Shown here one piece after another: positions 1-11,285 of a stretch of 64,000 bases of DNA. Source of the DNA: Leucoraja ocellata. Lineage: Eukaryota. Numbering within the stretch: position 1 is the first letter of the stretch; every line of letters starts with the position of its first letter. A model generated the notes under the pieces. That model searched no databases. It was not told the origin of the DNA and saw only the letters and a program-made list of their open reading frames with translations. Both the position numbers and the translations under genes were made by a program. The stretch covers positions 7,130,001 to 7,194,000 of the forward strand of contig JAWMAR010000084.1 of NCBI GenBank assembly GCA_036785375.1, read 5' to 3'.

Positions 1-182
1 TCTTTTAACTCCATCTTCCAAGAGCACATCAAATCAATTTGATCAAAGTAACATCTGCACTTCTTCTTCAGAAGATCTATTTCTTGATGTGACACACGTG
101 CTGGAATCATGAGTAAGAAATCAACTGCTGGAGCAACTCAGCATGTCAGGCAGAATCTATGGAGGAGATCTATAAGATCTGT

Positions 183-557
183 GGAGGATCCTATAGAGGT
201 GTATAAAATCACGGGAGGGATAAATCGGGTAGATGCACACAATCTCTTGCTCAGAGTAGGGGAATTGAAGAGCAGAGGACATGAGTTCAACGTTATGATG
301 AAAAGATTTAATAGGAATCTGAGGGGTAATTTTTTCATGCAAAGGGTAGTGGGTGTATGGAACAAGAGGAGGTAGTTGAGGCTGGGAACTATCCCAACAT
401 TTAAGAAACAGTTAGACAGATACGTGGATAAGGCAAGTTTGGAGGGATATGGACCAAACGCACCCAGGTGGGACTAGTGTAGCTGGGACATGTTGTTCGG
501 TGTGGGCAAGTTGGACTGAAGGGCCTGTTTCCACACTATCTCTCTATGATTCTATGA
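183..557 (+). mobile_element. CR1 LINE 3' fragment
   Basis: Encodes DPIEVYKI..RGNFFMQRVVGVWN (CR1 ORF2 C-terminus) and ends in ctatgattctatga tail repeats. Confidence 0.9.
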
Positions 558-629
558 AACAGACAGACAGAGGAGAAAGCTGATAATGAGTGGTGGGGCT
601 GGAACAAAGCCTGGCAAGTGACAAGTGGA

Positions 630-728
630 AGGTACACAAAATTGCTGGAGAAACTCAGCGGGTGCAGCAGCATCTATGGAGCGAAGGAAATAGGCGACGT
701 TTCGGGCCGAAACCCTTCTTCAGACTGA
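630..728 (-). mobile_element. ~99-bp Penelope-derived mini-element with hammerhead-like core, flanked by 18-bp direct repeats
   Basis: tggcaagtgacaagtgga occurs at 612-629 and 729-746. The minus strand reads CTGAAGA-A-GGGT-TTCG-GCCC-GAAACGTC. Confidence 0.75.
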
Positions 729-1187
729 TGGCAAGTGACAAGTGGATACTGGTGAGGGGGAGGGATTTGGCAGATGAGTGGAGTAAGTCACAAAGACTAA
801 AGATCAAATGGAAACAAAAGAGTGTCAGATAGGAGAGAAGATGGGTGAAATATAAAGCTAGAAGGAGGTGAAACGGTGTTGAGAGAACACAATTTGTTTG
901 AAGGAGATTGTAATGTACAACAAGATACACCACACTATAACTGCAGAATTGTAGAGAAAATACAGCCTGCTTTGTTCTGTTGTTGGATTTCAAGGGGGTA
1001 TCCAGTGGCAGTGCACATCCAGGAATTCTCCAGTGGTGCTTCGATTTCATGATTGGGAATCGTGTTTGGGACTTGTGCTTTTGTGCAGGCATTCCATAAC
1101 TTGCATTACGAAGATAGGAAATGGTGCTGGAGAAAGTGATTGCTTTGGTGCTTCTTGAGTGAATCACATATCCTGATTATGTATTTT

Positions 1188-1492
1188 CTTTAGTTTGGAG
1201 ATACAGTGCGGAAATAGGCCCTTCGGCCCACTGACGCCGCACCGACCAGCGATCTCTGTACATCAACACTATCCTACACACACTAGGGACAATTTTAAAT
1301 TATACCAAGCCAATTAACCTACAAACTTTTACGTCTTTGGAGTGTGAGATAAAACCAGAGATGCCAAAAAGAAACCCGATGCAAGCCATGGGGAGAACGT
1401 ACAAACTCCGTATAGACTAGCTCCCGTAGTCAGGATCAAACCCAGATCTCTGGAGCTGAAAGGCAGCAACTATACCAAGCTGCGCCATCATG
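1188..1492 (-). mobile_element. tRNA-derived V-SINE (HE1-like)
   Basis: Reverse complement of the SINE at 21704, with the V-domain core ggagtttgtacgttctccc and a CR1-like tail. Confidence 0.85.
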
Positions 1493-2496
1493 ATATTATT
1501 CCAAAACATGTTGGGAATTCTATTTATGTTGAATATTCTTTTAAAGGCAAGCTGTTATATATTATGTGAAATAGCTATGCGAATATGTAAAAGCAGCACT
1601 GGACATTTGGCAACCACATTTTTCCAGTTTACCTGAGCCATGTGGGTCCAATAACATCGATCCCCACACCTCCACAGGGTTTGCTTCCCAATTGAAATTC
1701 ATCCCGAAGACCAGGTGAATTATACTGAGTTCCAGAGGGAAGTGATATCTCCAGCATACCGTTAATCTTTTAAGATCCAACGTTTCAAATGAGGATGTGC
1801 CTCAAGGAATCTAAGGTTCTTCTACAAGGCAAAACAGAACCAAACAGACTTCTTCGAATAGTATTCAGAATAACCTTTACAACATGTCTGGATCTGCTGA
1901 TCCATGAATTTTACAACTTTGTCAAAATTTTATGTCACATCTTCTTACCAGATATCAAGGGACAACTTTAGTGATCCGTCATGCTTCAGTGCGGACTTGT
2001 ACAGATCACTGATGCATTATTGAACTAGAACAGTGAATTCATTACTGTCATTGGACTACAGCAACCAACATCGGTACTTCCTTTCACTTCTATCAATAAA
2101 GTTACAAGATTCACTAGATACTGAGCACATTTGACAATATTCATGTGGTTACACTTTGCTATTTTCCATCTGTGTACAGAAAGGTTATCTTTGCAATAAC
2201 CATGGGGGCATTATTATGTGCATTAAATCGTTTTTTATTCTGCCAACTTGAATAATTTCTCTGCTACGCTAGTCAATAATACGGAGGCCAAGAAGATTAC
2301 AGGTAAGGGTATTGAAGGATTTAAGATAAAAGTGCCATATAACATCACTGATTAGCTTGTGCAGAGTAATAGTTGATGGAAGTTCTCATATGGATTTGGA
2401 TAAATCTGCTATTTGAATCCTCAAATTGAATTTTTAAAGATAACTAGGCAGGTTGGCACACTGGATAAGTACTACAGAATAGTGTGGACGTGTTGA

Positions 2497-2940
2497 GTTT
2501 GAGTTCAGTTTATTATCTTGTGTAACGAGGTACAGTGAAAAGCTTTTGTCGCGTGCTAACCAGTCAGCGGAAAGACAACACCCGATTACAATCAAGCCAT
2601 CCAGTGTACAGATACATGATAAACGGAATAACGAGAATAACGTTTAGTGCAAGATAACGGCAGTTAAATCCGATCAAAGATAGTCCGATGGTGTCCAATG
2701 AGGTAGATAGTGGTTTAGGACTGCTCTATAGTTGTTGGTAGGATAGTTCAGTTGCCTGATAACAGCTGGGAAGAAATTGTCCCTGAATCTGGAGGTGAGC
2801 TTTTTCACACTTCTATATCTTTTGCCCAATAGGAGAGGGGAGAAGAGGGAGTGGCCCATGCGCGACTCGTCCTTGGTTATGCTGGTGTGCCAAGGCAGCA
2901 TGAGATATAAGTTGAGTCAATGGAAAGGAGGTTGCTTTGT
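2497..2940 (-). mobile_element. Rex1/Babar-type LINE 3' end
   Basis: Minus ORF HSLFSPLLLGKRYRSVKKLTSRFRDNFFPAVIRQLN matches the C-terminus of the LINE at 6716-7315; AATAAA plus short-repeat tail. Confidence 0.8.
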
Positions 2941-3019
2941 GTTTATTATCATAGTATGATATCATAACCAGATACATTTTCTGCAGACATCCTGTTATTA
3001 TGATAGAATATTCAGAAAA

Positions 3020-3429
3020 CTTCTCTGTGGATTTTCACCTTGTCATGGTGGAGAAGCTTGTGTGGACCTGAGATCCTGAGAGCGATGCCGTCTAGAGCTA
3101 TGCTCCTGGTAGGGCCACGCATGGTGGTTAGGTCAAGCGGGAGGTCTCTGACAATGCAATCAAACCAAGACCTCAACGGTGGAACAGGCGGAGGATGATG
3201 GCTGACCTTAGTGGAGCGTCACAATGGCTGGGAAGGCAGATGAAGGCTGTAGTCGTCTCCGGTCGTCTTGGACTCCATGCCACTGGATCCTGACCAAGAT
3301 CTGTGGGGTGGCTGTCTGTGCACCAGTCTCCCCACGTTAAACAAAGTCACGCACAGGCCTCCATATAGGGAATAGCACCCTTGAGACACCCATGGTCAGT
3401 CATGACCGAAGGGGGCCTAAGAAAAAAAG
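3020..3429 (+). mobile_element. RTE (Expander/Rex3-like) derived short non-autonomous retroposon (5' UTR plus tail)
   Basis: RTE-type 5' UTR motifs (ccttgtcatggtggagaagcttgtgtg..gctcctggtaggg..ctgacaa), taagaa-type tail, and an imperfect TSD attcagaaaa (3010-3019) / attcaggaaaa (3430-3440). Confidence 0.6.
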
Positions 3430-3869
3430 ATTCAGGAAAAATAGGCATAGCAAAAAGACAAAGTCCCGAGTCAGAAAACTTGACTGAGTGAAAGTCAGTA
3501 CAATGCATGTTTTAAATAATTTATTTAAATGTCTTGTACCATCAATTGACAGTCATTTCAAGCTGAGCAAAATGTCTTTGGAAAATCGAACATTGCCATT
3601 ACTGTGCCCAGCCTGGCTGTATATCAACAGCCAGAAATGCCATTTGGTTTGTTTGCATTTTGACATTTTTTGCCAGGCATGTGGATGGGCTGTTGGATGC
3701 ATTCACCGGGCTTCCAAATTAAGTACAGTACTTGTCATTCTCTTCCTTATATTGTTTATTCTCATGAATGTTTACGATGACAGAACATATTTTATGAGCT
3801 GATGGAGCCTAATGATACGTTTGATCAACATATCACAACAGGTGTTGCCAACATGTGATGCACAGGTAA

Positions 3870-5072
3870 AGGGCCTGTCCCACTGTACAATCAATCAATC
3901 AATCAATCAGTTTTATTCGTCACATTGCACATAAAGTGCAAGTGAAATGAATTTGCCAGCAGCGGTACAATGCGAAAGAACACACAAAAACACAATAACA
4001 TTTTAACACAAACATCCACCACAGCATTCATCACCGTGGTGGAAGGCACAAAATTTTGCCAGTCCTGCTCCATTGTCCCTCGTGGCCGGGACCTCCACCC
4101 TCCGCAGTCGCCGCTGCGGGCGTCCAGATGATAAACGTCAAGGTAAGTCCTGAATCGGTGCCTCCCCCACCGGAGACCGTGGCTTCAGATTGGTGTAGGC
4201 CACAGGCCAGCGGTCGATGATTTAGAGTTCGCACCGCAGACTGCAGGGCCGGCAGTCGAAGTCGTAGCTCCAGGGATCCCCAGCGAGGATGGTAAGTCCA
4301 TGCCGCGCCCGCGGTAAAAGTAGTGTGAAAGCTTCTTCCTCTCCCGGGTCGCCAACATGAGATCCCGGGCTGTAGACGCCATGCCAGCTGGAGCTGTGCA
4401 GACCGCGGTTTCAGGCTGCCGGCTGCCCAGGTCCAGCGAAACGGAGCGCTCCCCTCCGGTGAGCCGCAGCGAGGGCTCGTCCGCTCCACGCCGAAAGTCC
4501 GCGCTGCGCCCACCGCTGAAGCCCCGGGCGCGTCTCCAGGAAAGGCCGCACCGATCGTCGTTGTTAGGCCACGGGAGAGGCGACCTGGAAAAAGTCGCCT
4601 CTCCATGGAGGAGGCGACCAAAGCGGTTTCCCCCTCACCCCCCCCCCCCCCACCACCCCTAACACAAAACGCACAAAGAAACATTAAAAACATACATTTA
4701 AACACACTAAAAAAATTAAAAAAGGTGAAAAAAACTGACACGCTGCTGGCAAGGCGCGGTAATTCAAGGTAATTTGGGGGCAGGGTAATTCAAGAGCTCT
4801 CCAGAGTTAAAAAAATAATCAAACTCATGGTAAGCATGTAGAATGTACGTAGCGGGTATGTCGGAGCTCGGGACGTCTCTTAACGGCTCGTAATGCTAAC
4901 GGCAGGTACTCGGGAAACGCGCTAAGCTCGTGAAGACTTGTGAAAAATTTTCAACATGTTGAAAAATGTCCACAAGAGCCCCGAGTACCTACTGTTACTG
5001 TAATTCTCCGAGTTTGAATCAGGGGAAACTAGGGAGAACTCTTGAATTAGCTTGTACAGTAGGACAGGCCCT
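3870..5072. mobile_element. Non-autonomous TIR transposon (PIF/Harbinger-like MITE), interrupted by a retroposon
   Basis: TIR gggcctgtcccactgtac (3871-3888) versus gtacagtaggacaggccc (5054-5071); subterminal inverted match taattcaagag/ctcttgaatta; TWA-like flanks. Confidence 0.7.
3889..4760 (-). mobile_element. GC/CpG-rich non-coding retroposon with (GATT)n tail
   Basis: AATAAA plus (gatt)n tail on the minus strand, the same tail unit as the LINE ending at 7605. The head (GC-rich start, T-run, G-run, gaaaccg) resembles the element at 48256. Confidence 0.65.
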
Positions 5073-5672
5073 TACCTGGGATGACTGGATATTTAATATA
5101 ATGAGCTAATCTTGCTTGTAGAGCAAAGATAGCCTTTATGCTCACGACTGCATTATTTTATTTATTTCTCAATCTCTCATCATAATGTGTTCAGTATTTA
5201 CAACAAATCTATATGTTATAAACAGGGGACTGAGTATTTACAGTAAAGGGAGAACTATTTCAGATAGTTCAAGGGAAGATACTCTAAACCAGGCAAGGTT
5301 ACATGGCCTTATTTAGTCTTTTCACTGACTGGATAGCATGCAACAACATTGCTTTCCACTGTACCTGGATACAGGTGATAAAATAAACTAAACTAAAGTA
5401 AACTTTCATGAAAATGATGCATAAATGCATTCATGTTTGTAATCCCACCGCAACTGTGGAATTCCAAAACTAACTGACCATTTTTAGCTGAGAGTTTCCC
5501 AATTCTGCTATAACTGACAATTCTCTGGATTTTACACTGGAAAGTTAGCACTTGGAACCTTCAGTGAGTTGCAGTGAGACCTAGAGCAAGAAGTCCTTTC
5601 ATTTCAAAGGAAAGAAATAGTTATGAGGAATAACTGTAAGTATTAGATTTTTTTCTGAATTAACTGACATAC

Positions 5673-7605
5673 CAGGACTGCACTGGAAAAAGGAATCAAG
5701 GCAGCGAAACGTGCCTATGTAGAGAAAATCCAGGGACACCTCTGTGACACAGGAGACACTAGGAGGATGTGGAAGGGAATCCAAACACTGACGGGGTACA
5801 AGGCAAGGCAGCAGGTAACTGACACCGACACTTCTCTTCCAGATAAACTGAACAATTTCTTTGCACGTTTTAATGCAGCTTACACCACACCCAAGGGGAG
5901 AGCCGGCCCCTGCTTACAAATTGACCAGCCAGTCCTGACCATAGACTCAATGGACACATGGAGAACCCTGTCCAAGGTCAACCCGTGGAAAGCAGTTGGA
6001 CCCGACAACATCCCAGGACGTGTGCTCAAGGAATGTGCTGACGAGTTAGCAGATGTGCTAACAGACATCTTCAACATCTCCCTTAATCAAGCCATTGTCC
6101 CCACATGCCTCAAAACTTCCACAATAATCCCAATAGCAAAGAAATCAGTTGTGGCCTGCCTAAATGATTAACGCCCTGTCGCCCTGACCCCCATAGTAAT
6201 GAAGTGCTTTGAACACCTGGTAAAACCTCACATTACTGCCAGCCTCCCCTCATGGTTAGACCCCTTCCAGTTCGCCTATCGCCCCAACCGTTCTACAGAA
6301 GATGCCATCTCTACCACGCTGCACACAGTACTTACTCATCTGGAAAGCAAAATCACCTACGCCAGAATCCTGTACATTGACCAGCTCAGCCTTTAACACC
6401 ATCATCCCACAGAGACTTGTGGAGAAACCAACCCTGCTGGGCCTCAACACCACCCTGTGTCACTGGATCTTGGACTTTCTGACTGAAAGACCGCAGTCAG
6501 TCCGTGTTGGCAAGAACACCTCAGGCTCGATCATGCTGAGCACCGGCTCCCCTCAAGGCTGTGTGCTCAGCCTGCTGTTCACACTGCTCACACATGACTG
6601 TGCTGCCAGATTCAGGGACAATAAGATCATAAAATTTGCAGACAACAGTGGTGAGACTCATCAGCGGAGATGATGAATCAATGTACAGGGAGGAAGGGAA
6701 ACAACTAGTGGACTGGTGCGGCAACAACAATTTAGCATTCAACTTCGACAAAACAAAGGAGATGATTGTCGACTTCAGGAGGGCGCAGCCAAAACACACA
6801 CCCCTCAACATCAGTGGCACCACGGTGGAGAGAGTGGAGAGCATAAAGTTATCGGAGTGCAAATTACAGACAGTCTCACCTGGTCCAGGAACAACCCTGG
6901 GATTGTCAAACGGGCTCATCAGCGATTGCACTTCCTGAGGAAACTCAAACAGGCGTCACTCCCCACCAACATCCTCAAGACTTTTTACAGGGGTACGGTG
7001 GAGTCTGTACTCACGTACTGCATGAACACGTGGTACTCCAACTGTAAGTGCTCAGACAGGAAGGCTCTACAGAGGGTAGTGAGGGGAGCAGAAAGGATCA
7101 TTGGCGTCGCCCTACCCTCGGTACAAGAACTGTTCCAGAGCCGCTGTCTGAAAAAAGCTCTGAGAATAGCTAAGGACAAACTGCACCCCCTCCACACACA
7201 CCTGGATCTCCTGCAATCAGGCAAGAGATACCGTAGCATCAAAGCCCGGACTATCAGACTGCTAAACAGCTTCCTGCCACAGTCTGTGAGGCTGCTAAAC
7301 AGTCATTCCACCTGATTCTGCTGCTTTGCACTGACAATTTAATAACTGTGGCACTGGCCACTCAAATCAGCTGCCCTGGACATTTTAATGACTGTTTTTA
7401 CTGTATTTTAATGTTGCTGTTTTACCTGCTTTTAATTATTTATACTGTTTCATCAGGGACTGGATTGTTTTTACTGTTATGTGTGAAATGTTTAAGTTTT
7501 ATGTGCGATGCTCCGGTATTCCCTGGGAAACGTCTTCTCATTTTGCACTGTACAATTGTTGTTTTGCAAGATGACAATAAAGGTTGATTGATTGATTGAT
7601 TGATT
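5673..7605 (+). mobile_element. 5'-truncated Rex1/Babar-type LINE; frameshifted reverse transcriptase
   Basis: [56 protein letters not shown] spread across several frames; aataaa(gatt)n tail. Confidence 0.9.
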
Positions 7606-7896
7606 GGTCAGTTTTTAATTTAAAAAAAAAGTTTTGTTGATTTATAATAAACTAACATATTTAATATTTCTAAACATTCAGTACTTTTGACCGGGGTTGC
7701 TGCTGGCCAAGGCAGCTATCAATGTTTTTTTTCAAATACGTTATTGGTGGGTGGAGTGCTGGACATCGCTCCCACATAGTGGCATCACATCATGCAAAGC
7801 ACTGCCACACTGCTGTGCATGTACACAGAATATAGAACAGTACAGCTACAGGCTCTTTGGCCTACAATGTCTGTGCGGAATATAATGTCAAGATAA

Positions 7897-8343
7897 ATGA
7901 CATCCTGGATGGTGGTCTGCCTCCCTGGTGCCAAGGTCTCGGACGTGTCTCAACGCATCCAAGATATCCTTAAATCAGAGGGAGAGGAGTCTGAGGTCGT
8001 GGTACATATAGGTACCAATGACATAGGAAAAAAAAGGGAAGAGGTCCTGAAGGGAGGATTTAGGGAGTTGGGAGGAGAGTTAAGAAAAAGGACCAAAAAG
8101 GTAACCATATCAGGATTACTGCCTGTGCCACGCGACAGTGAGAGTAGGAATGGAGCGAGGTGGAGGATAAATGCGTGGCTGAAAGACTGGTGCAGAGGGC
8201 AGGGATTCAAGTTCCTGGATCATTGGGACTTCTTTTGGGGAAGGTGGGACCTGTACAGAAAGGATGGGTTGCACTTGAACCCGAGGGGGACCAATATCCT
8301 AGCGGGGAAATTTGCAAAGGCAGCTGGGGAGACTTTAAACTAG
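7897..8343 (+). pseudogene. CR1 ORF1 C-terminal SGNH/GDSL esterase domain (5' truncated)
   Basis: CLPGAKV, VVVHIGTNDI and DGLHLNPRG motifs. Confidence 0.9.
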
Positions 8344-8408
8344 AATGGTTGGGGCGAGGGACTCAAATAGCGAAAGGTAGTAGACAGAATGGGAGGCAGG
8401 AAGCAGAA

Positions 8409-11285
8409 ATGGGAAGCACTCAGACACAAGAGGAGAAAGAAAAAAAGGAAATAAACAGAGAATAAGAGACGGGGGTTTTCTTAAATGTGCATATTTTAAT
8501 GCTAGGAGCATTGTAAGAAAGGTTGATGAGCTTAGAGTCTGGATAGACACCTGGAAGTATGATGTTGTGGCGATCAGTGAAACGTGGTTGCAGGAGGGCT
8601 GTGATTGGAAACTAAATATTCCAGGATTTCGCTGCTTCAGGTGTGATAGAATTGGAGGGGCAAGAGGTGGAGGTGTTGCATTGCTAGTCAGGGAAGATAT
8701 TACAGCAGTGCTTTGGCAGGATAGATTGGAGGGCTCATCTAGGGAGGCTATTTGGGTGGAATTGAGAAGTGGGAAAGGTGTAGCAACTCTTATAGGGGTG
8801 TATTATAGACCGCCAAACGGGGAACGAGAATTGGAAGAGCAAATATGTAAGGAGATAGCAGATATTAGTAGTAAGCACAAGGTAGTGATTGTGGGAGATT
8901 TCAACTTTCCACACATAGACTGGGAAACACATTCTGTAAATGGGCTGGATGGGTTGGAGTTTGTAAAATGTGTGCAGGATAGTTTTTTGCAGCAATACAT
9001 AGAGGTACCTACTAGAGGAGGGGCAGTGCTGGACCTCCTGTTAGGAAATGAGATGGGACAGGTGGCGGAGGTATGCGTTGGGGAGCACTTCGGGTCCAGT
9101 GATCACAATACCATTAGTTTCAAGATAATTATGGAGAGGGTCAGAACAGGACCTAGGGTTGAGATTTTTGATTGGAGAAAGGCTAACTTTGATGCGATGC
9201 GAGATGATTTAAAAGGAGTGAACTGGGACATTTTGTTTTATGGGAAAGATGTAGAAGAGAAATGGAGGACATTTAAAGGGGAAATTTTAAGAGTACAGAA
9301 TCTTTATGTTCCTGTTCGGTTGAAAGGAAACAGTAAAAATTGGAAAGAGCCCTGGTTTTCAAGGGAAATTGGACATCTTGTTCGGAAAAAGAGGGAGATC
9401 TACAATAATTATAGGCAGCATGAAGTAAATGAGGTGCTTGAGGAGTATAAGGAATGTAAAAAGAATCTTAAGAAATAAATTAGAAAAGCTAAAAGAAGAT
9501 ATGAGGTTGCTTTGGCAAGTAAGGTGAAAGTCAATCCAAAGGGTTTCTACAGCTATATTAATAGCAAAAGGATAACGAGGGATAAAATTGGTCCATTGGA
9601 GAGACAGAGTGGACAGCTATCTGCAGAGCCAAAAGAGATGGGGGAGATATTGAACAATTTTTTTTCTTCGGTATTCACCAAGGAGAAGGATATTGAATTA
9701 TGTGAGGTAAGGGAAACTAGTAGAGTAGCTATGGATACTATGAGGTTCAAAGTAAAAGAAGTACTGACACTTTTGAAAAATATAAAAGTGGATAAGTCTC
9801 CAGGTCCTGACAGGATATTCCCTAGGACATTGAGGGAAGTTAGTGTAGAAATAGCCGGGGCTATGACAGAAATATTTCAAATGTCATTAGAAACGGGAAT
9901 AGTCCCCGAGGATTGGCGTACTGCGCATGTTGTTCCATTGTTTAAAAAGGGTTCTAAGAGTAAACCTAGCAATTATAGACCTGTTAGTTTGACTTCAGTG
10001 GTGGGCAAATTAATGGAAAAGATACTTAGAGACAATATATATAAGCATCTAGATAAACAGGGTCTGATTAGGAACAGTCAACATGGATTTGTGCCTGGAA
10101 GGTCATGTTTGACTAATCTTCTTGAATTTTTTGAAGATGTTACTAGGGAAATTGACGAGGGTAAAGCAGTGGATGTTGTCTATATGGACTTTAGTAAGGC
10201 CTTTGACAAGGTTCCTCATGGAAGGTTGGTTAAGAAGGTTCAACTGTTGGGTATAAATGCAGGAATAGCAAGATGGATTCAACAGTGGCTGAATGGGAGA
10301 AGCCAGAGGGTAATGGTGGATGGCTGTTTATCGGGTTGGAGGCAGGTGACTAGTGGGGTGCCTCAGGGATCTGTGTTGGGTCCTTTGTTGTTTGTCATGT
10401 ACATCAATGATCTGGATGAAGGTGTGGTAAATTGGATTAGTAAGTATGCAGATGATACCAAGATAGGGGGTGTTGTGGATAATGAAGAGGATTTCCAAAG
10501 TCTACAGAGTGATTTAGGGCATTTGGAAAAATGGGCTGAAAGATGGCAGATGGAGTTTAATGCTGATAAATGTGAGGTGCTACACCTTGGCAGGACAAAT
10601 CAAAATAGGACGTACATGGTAAATGGTAGGGAATTGAAGGATACAGTTGAACAGAGGGATCTGGGTATAACCGTGCATAGTTCCTTGAAGGTGGAATCTC
10701 ATATAGATAGGGTGGTAAAGAAAGCTTTTGGTATGCTAGCCTTTATAAATCAGAGCATTGAGTATAGAAGCTGGGATGTAATGTTAAAATTGTACAAGGC
10801 ATTGGTGAGACCAAATCTGGAGTATGGGGTACAATTTTGGTCGCCAAATTATAGGAAGGATGTCAACAAAATAGAGAGAGTACAGAGGAGATTTACTAGA
10901 ATGTTGCCTGGGTTTCAACAACTAAGTTACAGAGATAGGTTGAATAAGTTAGGTCTTTATTCTCTGGAGCGCAGAAGGTTAAGGGGGGACCTGATAGAGG
11001 TCTTTAAAATGATGAGAGGGATAGACAGAGTTGATGTGGACAAGCTTTTCCCTTTGAGAATAGGGAAGATTCAAACAAGAGCACATGACTTCAGAATTAA
11101 GGGACAGAAGTTTAGGGGTAATATGAGGGGGAACTTCTTTACGCAGTGGTGGCGGTGTGGAATGAGCTCCCAGTGGAAGTGGTGGAGGCAGGTTCATTGG
11201 TATCATTTAAAAATAAATTGGATAGGCATATGGATGAGAAGGGAATGGAGGGTTATGGTACGAGTGCAGGCAGGTGGGACTAAGG
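8409..11285 (+). pseudogene. CR1 ORF2 (APE endonuclease plus reverse transcriptase), disrupted
   Basis: YFNARS, ISETW, YRPP, GDFN, SDH (APE); NYRPVSL, DFSKAFD, GVPQGSVLGP, YADD (RT). In-frame TAA at 9476-9478 and a 4-bp deletion near 11146. Confidence 0.93.

Larger units (their letters stand above)
97..870 (-). mobile_element. Old Penelope-like (PLE) 3'/pLTR remnant, interrupted by a CR1 tail and a younger PLE-derived mini-element
   Basis: tgctggagcaactcagcatgtcaggcagaatctatggag at ~127-165 matches the PLE-type repeat seen throughout the window. The purine-rich stretch 560-870 resembles the reverse complement of the pyrimidine-rich PLE tails at ~12240-12390 and ~28340-28560. Confidence 0.5.

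Noticed and set aside
1633-1821. Possible 189-nt minus-strand exon (ttgtag|AAG...CAG|gtaaa)
   Set aside because: Stops occur in all three frames; at most a non-coding exon, with no other support.
2273-2302. Possible 30-nt plus-strand micro-exon ending CAG|gtaagg
   Set aside because: The acceptor is weak and there is no independent evidence.
4031-4741. 236-aa ORF (and the 210-aa ORF at 48118-48750)
   Set aside because: GC-rich retroposon bodies lack stops by chance; no recognisable domain.
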